Positions 45,430 to 60,952 of a stretch of 64,000 nucleotides of DNA are shown in pieces; within the stretch, counting starts at the first letter, position 1, and every line of letters starts with the position of its first letter. The notes beneath the pieces are model-generated. The model was given only the letters and a program-made list of their open reading frames with translations, searched no databases and was not told where the DNA came from. The position numbers and the translations under genes were made by a program. The DNA is from the human T2T-CHM13v2.0 reference genome, Homo sapiens: the NCBI RefSeq assembly GCF_009914755.1, contig NC_060937.1. The stretch is one strand, 5' to 3'.

Positions 45430-46030
45430 CTTACCTACCGAACCTCTCAGAATTCTGCCTTCCTGTCCAGCACTAGCTAAGTTTTGGCATTCCCCATATC
45501 TTCTAGGTTGTTACATGTAGTTTGCTAACTCTTCCCATCTTACCACCCTCCAGTCTACCTTTCACCTTGCTGGCACAGTAATCTTACTAAAATGCAAATC
45601 TGATCATGTGACTCACCTGCTTAAAATCTTCAATACCTTCCCTGCAAATGCTAACAGAATGAAGTCCTGTCTCCTTAGGGTGCTATTACCTGCCCTCTAC
45701 CTACATTTCAAGCTTCTACTCTTCCTACCTATACTTTCCATACTCCAGGTGTACAATTTATAATCTCCTGATACACTGTTTTCAAGTCTTCATGCTTTTG
45801 CATACTGTTTTCTCTTCCTGATATGTCATGGCTCAATTCCTTACTCTTCCCTCAAAACTTTACTCCTTTCTTTACGCTGTCTCAGAACCTTCTGTTTATT
45901 TCTGCCATGAGATTTATCTTAATGTATTACAAATGTTTATTTACTTGCCTGTCTTCAAAGATAATACGTTTTCTAGCCTTGCTTAATTCCATCTGTGTGT
46001 CCCCAGTACCTAGAACATAAATATAGAACT
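45430..46030 (+). mobile_element. L2 fragment
   Basis: aaaatgcaaatctgatcatgtgactcacctgcttaaaatcttcaat...ccccagtacctagaaca. Confidence 0.65.
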
Positions 46031-46799
46031 AAATATAAACGTATGGAGCTGCCGCTATTCTTATACACAGCCAAAGTAACTATGTATCACAAGGAAAACT
46101 GTTGCTGAATTAATTTAAAATATACTTTCACAATTCAAAATCTAACGAATTCATTCTGGAAGGGTATTTTTGCAGCAACTGTCTAGAAAATTAAGTGTAA
46201 CTATCACCAATTCTTTATAAACTGCTCTCATCTGGTAAGGTAGGGGGTGTGTGTGTGTGTGCATGTGTGTGTGTATAATGCTAATTACATGGACATCCAA
46301 ATCAGGAATTATGGCTTAGTAAGGATACCAGAATACTATACCATCCTTTGGATAAAAATTCCTAAGCCAGGGATAAGAAACACATGACAGATAATATAAA
46401 TTAACTGCTCTTCTCTTCTTAGCCTCTCTCCTCATATATGGGGTCTAAGGAGAGTCCTCAATATAGCACACTGTAAGCAGTAACTGCAGATTGACTGCAG
46501 TCAGCACAGAAGTTAATTTTTGGGGGCTATTCAATAACTTATTCTAAAATATCAAGCAAATTAGAAATTATCCTATTAAAAATATTCACAGAAGGCCAGT
46601 TCCATATCCCTTGGAAACCCGTTCCCAAATTTAACAATTCTAAAGGTCAAGAATTATTTTTATCCTAAAAAAATACTTTTTGGTGGCCTTCTAAGTCAAA
46701 AACATTTCTAACTTTCTAACCTGTTTTGTTAAAGTTGTTCATTTTCACATGCTTTTTGTGTAGCTTAAAAAAAATTGTGGTTAGATTGTGTTCTAAAAC

Positions 46800-46985
46800 T
46801 ATAGTTTCTAAATTTGACTGTACATCAGAATCACATGAGACACTGTAAAAATACAGATTCCCAGGTCCTTACCCAGATCAACTGAAACAAAATTTCCAGA
46901 ATAAGAACAAAGGCATGTGTATTCTATAAGGCACACCAGGTGATTTTGATGCAGCCTGCAGCCATTTCAAAGCTACTGTTCTAAA
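46800..46985. mobile_element. MER5-like hAT-Charlie element
   Basis: catcagaatcacatgag...aaaatacagattcccagg...ccaggtgattttgatgcagcc. Confidence 0.7.
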
Positions 46986-49900
46986 TACCACAGTACTTTA
47001 TATATATAAGAGCTAGAATTGGATAATAGAAACATCTCTAAATAAAATTTTCCTTACATATGTAGACTCTCTTATTGCTTATTGGTTCTAACAGGCTAAT
47101 AAACACAGGGTGAAATTGCTTCACCCTCTGAATAAAAACTATTTTGATATATCTTAACAAAGAATTCTAGATAGCGGATTAGTTACTGTGGCCATACAGC
47201 TTTGTTAGAATGATCAACCAGCATTTCTTTTAAATTTCTCCATTGTTGTGTTTGCCTAGAAGTACTGAAGAGTCTTTCTTACTACATGATCTTGAAAAAA
47301 AGTATATCAATAAGAGTACTGCAAATGTAAATTGCTGAAAACTTACTATATTAAATTGAAATATTTCATCAACTTCTTTAATTATGCATTATTATAATTA
47401 CATATTTTTAAACTACTAATAATTGCAGATGTATATATTCCTATAACATACCAGCAGTAATAAATCCAGGGGTTGAGAGAACAGGGCCAAAAATATGAGT
47501 AGAAAAAGAAATACAAATGGTCTACATTCAACAAATTCTTATTAAATGTTCTTAGAAAGATGAATTGACAGAGACTAACATATACAGTAGTGTTATGCAT
47601 GTATTTAGAACATCTGAATCGCAAATCAGTAAGACAAGAGCTAATCTTCAGATTTTTACTGAGTCCCTAGTAATATCACTATGAAGAGGCTACTACAGGA
47701 TAAACATGAAAATTCAAACACATGTAACACAGATAAAATGTTTTATATTTTCTATCACACCACTGTGGCATCCCTCAAAATTCCTTACAGATCTTTTCAA
47801 AAAAGAGAAAGTTCTCCAAAATTCTAAGTGTCTTAGGAAAAGCAACTATTTTAAATATATATTTAAAAGTATACAATGAAATCAGAGTTTTGACACCCTA
47901 AGGCAAATATTTTTAGTGATTTTAGTGAATAAAAACATTTTATGGGAGGTAGGGGAGGGAGCTGTGGTTTTTTAATCATTTCAGATACTAGAAACTGATT
48001 TCAAAAATTTCTGGCCTGTCTTTTAATCATTAAGAATTAAATGCACATCATAATTATAATCTTCACCAGTTAAACTAAACCCATTTACAATGCCTAGAAT
48101 TATCCATATCTCAAAGCATGGTGGACTTTTGCATCCATTTTTGAGAACCCACAAGTTGGAATAGAAGACCCCAATCTACAGCCATTTGAATACACAGCTG
48201 AGACTACTCATTCTCTTTCTATGAAGACATGCCCTTACCGAATATCTATCCCATGAAGTTACAAAAGTAGTTGTCCTAGTTGGGCTTAAAAAGCTGGGAC
48301 AGCTAATAAGCAAGTAAAACTCTTCCCAACAGATTACTTTGGCTGCAAATACCTTCTCTCAACGTTAGCCTCCACAGCAATCATAACATTGGTAAAGAGA
48401 TGCAGAAGGACTTGTCAGCATATAGAAATCTCAATATTTGAAAGACAATACTACTATTAGCACTTTCAAGGAAGAGAAAAATAACTGCTACACTATCCTG
48501 GAATGTCATTCATCACTAAGAAAGTACTGGCAGGATTTCTTCTGGGCTCCTCTATTGAGCAATATTCATTAGCCATGTGTTCCTGGAATCATAGTACAGA
48601 ATAGTTTTCCATTGCAAAGCAGTACTAGAGAGGATTATCTGCAGATATCAGAAGAAAATCCTTTTCAATAACTCTAATTTGTTGATTCTACCAAAACATT
48701 TGATATATCAGTTATATAACATGACAAACAGTACTGAGTATCTGGACACAGGTATGTTTATCAACATCAACGGTAACTACTAAGGAAGTAAGTAATATAG
48801 TTTTATCGTGTTTCAGAATTCAAAGTCCTATCAAACACACTCCTCGTAAGTGAAAATGCTACAACCAGTTTTATCAAATAGCTGCATTAAAAAAAAAGCC
48901 AAATATATACACATAAAATTCAATCCAAGTAATCATCAGAAATCCTAGACAGTTATCCAAAAAGACTACACTAGAAATACATTCATGACACTTCAGACAA
49001 TGGCCTGGACTTTTATTAAATGAGGCCCAAGGATATAATTGAAATCATAAATTAATGTAAAATGATCATATACAGCTCAAGATTTTCATTCATAATGTAT
49101 CTATTACTTTTCTTTCCTAACTCATAACACATTGCTAAGTGACGAGCTGTCCCAGAGAACAGTATTCCTACATTTTTCTGACAAACAAGTTATAAGAAAT
49201 TGGTTCATTTGGGCCTATACATACTTAGCCAGGTCAAGAGACAATATGGCACCACATTTTTCCTGCCGCTAGGAAAACTATTTTCTAGGCTCAAAACAAC
49301 TTTACACTGGGCTTCTTCCTAAAATTCACAGATACAAGGTAGGAGCCACACCCTATGCCAAATCATCCATAAGATCCTTGAATTCAGTCATTCAAAAATG
49401 AAATTATACTATAAAAATGCACATTATACAAGATTTGACACACGAAAGGTAATATTAACCCTTCCCCTGCTTTAGTACTCCCACACACTTAGTATGTATC
49501 CTTATTTTATCATTCATAAAACCATTTAATAGGTGATTTCCCCCATAACACTGTGAACTTAAATATTAAGAACCAGATATGTCCTGTTTATCTTTGTTAT
49601 CCTCATTGCCTAGAAATGCTCTGGTCATAATAGTTTTTCATGGAACACTGAATAAGAACAGAATACCTAAAAGACACTTACATAGAAAGCTGAAGTAGAC
49701 AAATAAGAAATCAGATAAATAGAAGGTAAATTTTAAGAACACACAAATTTAGAATCAAGCAAAAAGGCAGCAGCCGTATCAGGAAGAAAGCACTGGTCTG
49801 GAGGTGCTGGAATGTCTTTGGAATTGATAAATTCTAATCTAGATTTTGGCAGTAACAAATGTTATAACCTAAGCAAATCACTCTGACTCCCTGGATCTCA

Positions 49901-51229
49901 ATTTTCTCATTTGTAAAATATAAGACTAAATGAGTTCTATATTTCCTCATATGATATAAGGATGATTTTAAAGCAGCAAGAACATTTACTCCTGAAAAAC
50001 AGCACCAACAGAACAGATATAATATACAATGTTGGATAACATGACTCTTAAGCAAAGGATATCATACAGGTGGAATTATACAACTCCATAAAAAGTAATA
50101 GGTCATACCAACACCAGCCACAAGCCAAACAGGAATTATGTACACATATCTCTAATGTGGAAATTAATGACACATTCATACACTGAATAAATCTAAAAAA
50201 GAATCAAGTTCTGCCAGAGGCAAAGGTTGAGAGATGTGAAAAGACAGTGATATAAAGGCAAAATTGTTATTCCCTAGTAGGAACCAGAATACAGATCATA
50301 TCTAGCATTCATGCACGTGCACAATACAAACACAGAAGAACAATACAAAAAGCATCTTTATGCTTTTCTATGAATTGAAAAGCTCCTTAAAACAAATCCC
50401 ATAATTATTTAGGCTAGAATATTTCACAATATCTCACAACATTTAGCAAAAATTAATCTAGGATAACTTTCTCATTGCTCCAACGAGAGTCTCGTTGGTA
50501 CATTAAGAAGAAAACACGCAGGGAATCAAAGACATTCCTAACCTTGAAACAACTCACCGGCCTATGTTCCAACTTCAAAATAATTTACTTTTGCTTTAAA
50601 ACAAATGAACCTTCCACCTCAGATAATAAGGTGCAACGGTAATCAATTTTGAACTCAATGACTACCAGATTCAATACACCAATGTTTATAATCAATACTT
50701 TTTAAAAATATAGGCTCTGTTGTCAATACTATGCTAGTATTGTAAAAGATAGAACTAAAAGGTAAAAACTCTGCCCACAGGAAAATCTTCCTAACCTTAC
50801 TAGCAAGGTAGTTTCAGGTTATAAACACATTGCCCTATTTTTCCAAAATCCTTCCCAAGGAAAGACATAGGAAGAAAGGTGAGCAATTCCAATACACATG
50901 TATATTTCAAGATATTTTTAAGCTAGAAGAGGTCTCCACAAAACAAATTTTACAAACAAAACAGATCCAGACATATGGAAACAAAATACATTGTACCCCA
51001 AAGGGCATTTCTACAAAGGCAGTAGACAGCACCTCAAATGCATCACCTCACACATAAGAATACTTTACAACAGAAAACAGAAATAACTTCTCAAGCAAAA
51101 TCATTATGGATAAAAACAAAACAAACATTCAAAAGACTTTTAATTTATTAATATATAAAGTTGAATGAAGCTGTTAACTATTATGTGTCCTATTAAGAAG
51201 AAAAATTAATTTGAGAGCTTCAAATTTAA

Positions 51230-51542
<313 letters not shown>

Positions 51543-52399
51543 AAAATGAATTTTTATTGCTTGCTTTTTATATAATCCACGTCTACCTGTTTCTGAAAGT
51601 AGCAGGACCACAATTGGCTGTACATGTCAACTAATCTAACAAAGCCCAAAAGCCCATCAAGTTCAGCTACAGAGCATTCCAAGGCTACTGATTATATATA
51701 GACTATAAATTATTTAATCATGGATTATAATCTACCTAAATTTTTCAGCTCTATCTCCATGAATTATATCCTAAATTCCCTTTATTATCAACTGTTCAAA
51801 TAAAACAATTTTAGCTCTTTTCCCCCAAATAAGAGCAGAGAATTATATCTCTTTAGTGGTTCCAATGCCTCATGAAAGAATAATACTATATACTTCTCTT
51901 TACAGCCTACTAAGTACCTTCATATACATTATTTCAAACTTCCAATAACCCTATGAAGTAAGGCAAATGTTATTCTCTTTATTTCATGGAGAAGGATAGA
52001 AATTAGGAAGTCAGGTCACTGGTACAAAGTTTACTGCTAGAAAGTAGATAAACAAAGACTAGGACCCACATGCCCTGACTCCATGTCCAATTTGTATTCC
52101 ACAATGTCACACAAATAAAGTAATTCTAAAAGCTACTGAACTTAAAATGTATACTTTTCCTGCTTAATTAAACCCTTATAAATACCATGGGAATTAAGAT
52201 ACTAAAGCAAATGCAAACAATAAAGCTCCATCAAAACAATCACCTTTCTATATCAGCCCATGTTAAAGAGCAGTTCAAATACCATAGTAAAAACACCTTA
52301 AAATTAAAAAAATCTATTATATTCATTATACCACACCACACACAACTCTGCATAATGAATGTTGCTGTAGAATAGATAAGGTTAGCTATAAATTTTTTA

Positions 52400-52863
<464 letters not shown>

Positions 52864-53213
52864 CTGAAATATAGGAAGAAATTACTAGAACGCTGTTTCC
52901 CTTTTTTAAATCTGAAAAAAACTAAGGAATTCATTTTACTATTTATGACAGACTGAAACTGTCACCCTCACATAAACTCATAATTACACATACAAATGAG
53001 GTGTGGGTATGCTCAAACATTTCTCACAGAAGAGATTCTTATTCAAGAAAATAAGAACACTGCTACAAACAAAGATGGGCCATAGGAGACAGATGACTCT
53101 AAATTGCATCAAATAATCAACGAGAGAACCTATTAAAGGTGTTCAGTATCCTACAAAAATAAAGGATTGTTCAACTGCATTTGCATAATCCATGTAATAT
53201 AAGCACAACTTAC

Positions 53214-53303
53214 CTCATCCTGGACTCCACTGGTGGTAGTCAACTTGCTCCCATCAGTAATTGTGATAATTATTGCTGGCTCCAAGAAAAAAGGGTTTCT
53301 TCC
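53214..53303 (-). CDS. INTS6: INTS6 coding exon 4 (90 nt, phase 0-0): GRNPFFLEPAIIITITDGSKLTTTSGVQDE, part of the N-terminal vWA domain
   Basis: Acceptor ttttttgactttag|GGA, donor GAG|gtaagt, hand-translated; IIITITDG is a typical vWA strand. Confidence 0.96.
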
Positions 53304-56081
53304 CTAAAGTCAAAAAACACATTGATCATACAAAGATTTAGACTTTGGCTTACAAAGTAAAAAGTCAATTCTCAGAACAGCATATATACGATCTCCCTTT
53401 CTAGTTTCATTTTACATGTAGTATGTACCTGTTTGTACATTTTAAGAAAAGATATAGAACGACACATAAACTAAACAGTGATTAACCCTGAGAAAGAGGG
53501 ATTAGGTAGAGAAAGAGGTGGATTTTTCACTTCTTTATAAATTTGTGTATTGCTTTCATTTTTAGAGGGAGTATATTTATGTTACTAAGAGTATTTAATT
53601 TCTTAAAAGGGACCCTAGTAGTTCAATTCTAATAATTTGATTTTTGTAGATATTACAAGTTACAATAAAAAAAGAACATTTCCTGAGAAACTTTCTTAAA
53701 AAGGAAGGCAAGACAGTAGGTGAACATTACCACAAGGTATGCATGTAATCGAAATGTCTAAGCAAATAACTAGGTAAATGATTTGAAAGATTTTAAGAGC
53801 TATTTCTATGGAAATAGTAGAGCTACTCTAAATTCAGCAAAAATTTAACAACAGTACAAGATGAAAAGTTAAAATTAAAAATGGTTACCTAAAGAAAATG
53901 CTTGGAGAGAAAAGTACAAAAATAGTGGTAGCAAAAGCAATGGAACAGAGTAGCACGGGTTCTCAAATGCTCTATATAGAAGGTGAGATAACTTCAATAG
54001 CTTCCATTCAAATCTCTGGCCAACCCACTCTACTAGCACAACGATGAGTTCTAGGCGACACATCTGTAAGGGACTAAGACAAACATAAGCTTGCCTTTTA
54101 CATATAAATGGCTCCCATTTGAAGGACTGACAGAACTAAGACCAAAGGATATAAATTTCAAGAGGGTAAACCTTGTATTTGAAATCAAAGGTATCAAATT
54201 CTCTGCCACTAATGGTACCAAGAATTGAATGAAGCTTTCTTGGATAAAATGTAGAACTGTGTATGACAATTTCTTAATGTGCATATGAGCCACTTGGAGA
54301 TCTTAAAATGCAATTTCTGATTATGTCTGGGATGAAGACTAAGATTCTTCATTTCTAACAAGACTGGCAGCTAGAAGACACTAATAGCCACAGACCATAC
54401 TTAGAACAACAAGAATGTAGAAGAGTTATAAACATATAATATTCTATGGTCCTATAACCTTTCTCTTACAACTCTCAATTCCTAACATATTATAATATAT
54501 ACGCAATATTTATTGAATGAATTCACAGTTAGTTATATGATTATAACCTAATCATCGTAAAGTGGGAAGGGGGACATGTAATAGATCGTCTTGATCAAAT
54601 CATTCAACTTGTAAGTGACACGTGCACTTTTCTAATTGGTGCCCAAGAAAAAAATGGTTCCGGGGGAGAAAGATTCCTTTGGTTAAATAAACTTAAAATA
54701 TGTTAGATATAATCTCTAGAAGATTCTAAATGCATAGCAGCATTAAAATGTCACAGGAGTCTTGCAGGGAGAAAACATGAATTAATTTATCCCTCCTTTT
54801 CCTCTGTAATATTCATGTTAAAAAGAACTCATTTTGGGGAATTATTACATTACATTATATTGTCTCTCATACCATTCACCCCCAAAATATATAATAAATT
54901 CTAATAATATAGGTCTTCTCAGGCAATGTTCATTCCCAACTCTTAGCTTTGATTGTTTCCCTAAAGTAGAATGCTTTTCCTCTTCCCTCCTCAAACCTAC
55001 CCAACTGCCACTCATTCCTTAAGGCCCAGTTTAAATCTCTGCATTTTCCACGAAGCCTTCCCTGATTACTATGGCCTTTAGTAATCACATCTTTCCATCT
55101 CCATATTCTAATAGTGGTAGTTTTTACACTTTAAATTAAATAAATAAGGTAAATAAAATGTTTCTTTAAAATTGGATTTGAGTGGTTCCATGGAGCACAA
55201 TTTGAATACCACTTCCCTACAACATCTATCCTCCCACCTTTTCAAATAATTTTTAATTTAAATATGAATTTAAATACACACCATCTTACACAATGTGAAT
55301 ATATCTAACACTGCAGAAGTATACACTTAAAAATGGTTAAGACAGTAAATTTTGTTGTGTTTACCACAATTTATTAAAAAAAAAAAAACACCATCTTGTA
55401 TTGCTTGCTATTTTTTCATGTGTTTGAATATGTTGAAGGCAAAGAATATGTCATATTTCTTTCCACACCACTAAGCAGGTACTGGGCACAAAACACTTCA
55501 ACTTATTCATTGACTCACTGAATATAGCTTAATACAAATCAGCCTGGGTTCACAGAACCATTTAGAATTACTCAAACTTCAAAAAGATTCAAAAAATGTA
55601 TGTTACCTTTACCTCAATATAAATGTGTACTCCCCAAATTCAACGCATAACAACTCATGAATTTGCTGGGCTACTAGAGTATAAAAAGGAGCACTATCTC
55701 CCTCTTGTGTCTTTCAGCCATCCACTATCTACTCATTCGTGTTGGCCATTCAAAGATTTGAGTGGTTACTATTAAGTGTATGATATATAATCTCTACTCT
55801 CATACATAATAAACATATGTACACATAACAATAAATCTCTCTCTTGGTCTCTACCAGTATTTTAGCTCAAAAATTGCCTAAGGGAGATAAAGAAAACCAA
55901 GAGGTCCTAATAGCTTCGAAACTATATTATCTTGCTTCCACCCTTAAGCTAAACTACTTTTGTTGACTTGGTGCCTTTCAAAAACAAATCAGCAAAGCTC
56001 TAAAAGCCACCACAGCATGGACCAAATATTTGTAGTAGGGTCTTCTATATCACTTCTACATTTTAACATAAAACAAAATCA

Positions 56082-56436
<355 letters not shown>

Positions 56437-59400
56437 TTAGAATTATCTTTCAGAGGCAAGAGATTAATCATACTTCTAATTAAAGAAAAATAATCTACCA
56501 TGTAGCAGACTCATATAGATGATGACATCCACCCGAAAGGTAATACTTTTTAAAGGCCCATGTCTACAAAATTAAGTTAAAATATATTAAAACTTAACAG
56601 AAAGTCTGAGTTATTAAATTTAATTAAGCTAAATTCAAACACTAAAACCAAAGTTACTTTTTCTTAGACAACAAAACAAAGCTTTTAGTTGAAACTTGAC
56701 TAGTCTTACACAAAATACTCTCCACAGAGGATACCCTTAAACGGGCCTGAAATTACTATAATAACAATAACATTACTGCTATCGTCTTGATAATAACAAT
56801 AAAGCACTTATCTCATTTGACCCTAAAAAAACTTAGTGAGGTAAAATATTCAGGGAGATTAAATGATATAACTCAAGGTGGCCTAGATGGTGGCAAAGCC
56901 AGAACCTTATTAAGCTATTCTAATTCTAAAATCCACATGGTCTTTCTGTACCACCTGGAGGTCCTATTGGCAGCTGCTAAATTCTCTTGGACATAATTCC
57001 ATACTAACCTGGATTGTGCCACATTTACCCAACAAGGAATGGCATTATAATCAGATTGTTTTGTTTTTAATATATCCTTTCTGCAATAAAATTAACTATA
57101 GTAAAACTATTCCTTTACTTGGTAGATTCCTGTGATTCTGTAATTACTTAGCCATTAATTTCTTGATGTATAAAATCAGTGTATCTTCCCCCAACACACA
57201 CTGAAACAAAACACAATATATACTAATGTTTACTTTTAAAAACAATATAACTTCAACTTTCAGAGAGTATATACACAAACACAAGATAAAATAATAAGTT
57301 CTTTAGTGACTTTAAATTTTGGAAAAGTCAGATAAAGATCAAACATAGAAAAGAAAAAAGAAAAATATTATTATCATCCTCATTGTACCAATTATCCCGC
57401 CATGCCTAAGATTCTTTCCCCTCTAAGATTAAAGAGCTTAGTCAAGAATCACACTAAGAAAAGCAATAATCAGTTACTACAAAAATTAGAATAATGATTA
57501 AGTTAATGTAATTTATACACACAAGGTTGTTTTATTATTTCTTCAGGAAAAATGTGCCCCCATCTCTATTATATAAATGTTTGACATTAACAAATTTATT
57601 TAAGCATGAATTTCTACATCACTAGCAGAAAGTGAACATGTAGCTCCAAGAAAGTTTTCTTATATACTGTTTTGCACTGTTTCTTGCTGCATAATGTCAT
57701 CTTTCTCTGTCAACATTGTTTACCCAGCAAATTAAAAAAGTTTTAGTTGTCTGCCAGTATTGTTTTTTGTCATGTTTTACAAAAAAATAAAGTTTTAACA
57801 CCTCCAAAGTCTAAATGAGAGTTACAACTTAATTACTGCAATATAATGTTATTCACTATCTGGTGTCAAGCCTACGCAATTTAATAATTCCCAAATCCTT
57901 ATATTTAAGAGCAATTATTTTACATTGTTATTCCTAAGTAAGTATGTTTATAAAGTCACTCAGTTGGGAGACAATCCTTTAGAAGTTCTGTCAATATTCA
58001 CCTTGGCCATAAAGTTATAAGTAGCCTTTATCATAATTATAATGATATATTTAAAACAAAAAAAAAATCTAAGCTCTGCTACAACAAAGACAGCCAGTAG
58101 AGGGACTAAAAGTTTACTTTTGCTATTAGCAGAATAAATTCACGTTTTACTCTCAGAGCAGTGGTTCCTGTCATAAAGAAATCCAAACATATCACTAGAA
58201 AATATAATGCAAAATATAATGTTCTAGCTCTAGAGCTACTTACTAACAGGAGTCAATCTGTCATTAAAAATTTTTCATTTTAATTTTGGTCAAAAACCTC
58301 AAGTAAGAGTTCTGCCACAAGATAATATAAAGCAAAACCTTTTACTTCACTTAAAATTTCCTATTATAGTTCTCTCAACAACCAATTACCATGGTGTTAA
58401 ATTACTCAGTTAAAGCATAAAATCTCAATAATAAGAAAATTTAAAGAATTAATGTAAACAGATATTATCTATTATAACCTATGTTATTTTTGAAAGAAAA
58501 TGCTTTTGCAATGTTACAACAAATTTTGAAAAAAAATTTTGAAAATACTAAGAAAAGGTAATTTCCTCCAAATATAAACTAACCTGATCTCAGGAAAACA
58601 ATTATTTTCACTTACCTAAGAAACTGAAAATGTAGTGGAGGAGGGGCATAGGAATGCTACCTTACCCTTAAACGGGTCATAAAATCTTCTGATGTGCTAA
58701 TCATGTTTGTCAAGTCAATAATTCATTGTCATTAATACTGTTAATTTTTTTAAAGGTGGAGGAGGTTCATTAAATTATAGGGATAAATACACAAACTGGG
58801 TAATAACATATTACAAACAAAACAGAATTACTTAAGTCAATAAAGGCCTAACATGCTTATATTTAAATCAATATTCCAAGGCCAGAATTACAAATTTCAC
58901 ATTTGTTTTAGATTTCAGTAAGATTATTATTTTTATTGTTAAAATCTCAGGTAGTGTAGTATAAATGAGTCTTTTGATGTCAAACTCTAAAATATTCATC
59001 TTAAGACATTAACCCTTGTAAAACCTTTGACCACATAAAAAAGATCTCTGAAGGATACGTTAGAAACTGATTAGCCATGGTTGCCTCCATAGAAAGGAAG
59101 TAAACAATTGGGTAACTTTTTATAATACTTCAACTTTTTTTTAACCATGTGCATTTATTATATGTTCAAAACAAATACTCTTCAAAATTAAAAATGTGTT
59201 TGGTATTCTAAAATAAAATCTGCTAGAATATAAAAATCTGGTAACAGAATACATTAAGGTCTACAGCTACAGAAAACATGTTAGAATTCCACAGTATAAG
59301 AAATATATTTTTAGTTTCAAGTAACTCCGTTACACGACTGTGTTCCGATACAATTCCTTTATTCAACCACGTAATTCCTTATGTTAAAAATACAACAGCA

Positions 59401-59888
59401 TTAAAAACAGATGGAATACTATGACTTAAGCAAAAGTAGGGGGGAGTTCCATATATCTGTTTTAATGTAACGACTAAGGAACTCCATCCTGGAATTTGAT
59501 TTAATAATAGACTGAAGAGTAATAATGTAAGAAATCGTAAGTCACCATAAGAACTGCAGAATCACTAAAGTTTGACTTTGTAAAAAAAAATAATAATAAC
59601 ATTAGGGAAATTCAATAATTGATAAGACTAAGTATAACTACAAAAGACGATAATATAAACTCAATATATCTGAAATATTAATAATTTGGCAGAATTTGAG
59701 TTTTATACTTGAACTGGAATCTAAAGTTTGAATGAAATTAACAAACTGGTCTGGGGAATGCCTAAAAAGTAGTGCCAGGCAAATAGTGTTTATGCTGTCA
59801 TATAAGGAGTAATTAAGCTATCAGAAATATAACTTTACTTAATAAATAGTAATATTCTAAGAATCTAATACATACATTAGATGGACTG

Positions 59889-59982
59889 GGGCCAGGCACG
59901 GTGGCTCACACTTGTAATCCTAGCACTTTGGGAGACCGAGGTGGGAGGACTGCCTGAGGCTAAGATTTCAGGATAAACTGGG
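59889..59982 (+). mobile_element. Alu left-arm fragment
   Basis: ggccaggcacggtggctcacacttgtaatcctagcactttgggag. Confidence 0.8.
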
Positions 59983-60646
59983 TAATAATAACTTGGGAAA
60001 ATTTTATTCTAGTGAAGCATGTAATAAAAAACATGTTAGAAATATGTTTTTTAAAAATAAACGTATAAATAAAAACCAAGATGTAAACATATTTTCAAAG
60101 ATAGGTGAATGGAGTTATACAGCAATAATGGTAAAATTTAATTTGACCTAAAAGAAATCTGTCTAGTCTCTCAAGATTAATCACCTCCTTGAGTAGACTG
60201 CTACAAAATCTACAGATGCTACCTTTGTAAAAGTCTGGTTAAATCCCATCTTGAACTCAGCACTGAACTCAATTTTAAATACTATCACAAGCAGACCTTG
60301 AATGTAGGGCAAAGAAGCAGATAAAACCATTCTGGTTACTTCCTTCTACACATCACACTACAAATATGGTCTCAAAAAAAAAAAATCAATTCACACACAC
60401 AACTGTCCTACAAAAGAAGATGGCATTCTATGACAGCCTTCTATATAAATATCTTAAAGGCTACAACTGAAAATGAAGAACTGCCTAATAAATGTTTCAG
60501 ATCAGGAAAGTTAGCAATAAAGCATTAAATTTTAAAAAGGGAAAAAAAATTCATGAAAAGCACTTGGAAAACTCTAACAGTATATTGTTTCCCATATGCT
60601 ATGGCTGAAGGCCAATCTGAAAATAATTGGGTAAGGCATAATGTGA

Positions 60647-60952
60647 GGCCGGGCGTGATGGCTCACACCTGTAATCCAACACTTTGGGAGGCTGAGGCAG
60701 AAGGATCACTTGAGGTCAGGAGTTCCAGACCAGCCTGGCCAACATGTTGAAACACTGTCTCTACTAAAAATACAAAAATTAGTCAGGTGTGGTGGCACTT
60801 GCCTGTAATCCCAGCTACTGGGAAGGCTGAGGCACAAGAATTGTTTGAACCTGGGAGGCAGAGATTACAGTAAGCCAAGATCATGCCACTGCCCTCTAGC
60901 CTGGGCGATAGAGCAAGACTGTGTCTCAAAAACAATAATAATTAAAAAAAAG
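60647..60952 (+). mobile_element. Full-length AluS
   Basis: Body; TSD cataatgtgag. Confidence 0.94.
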
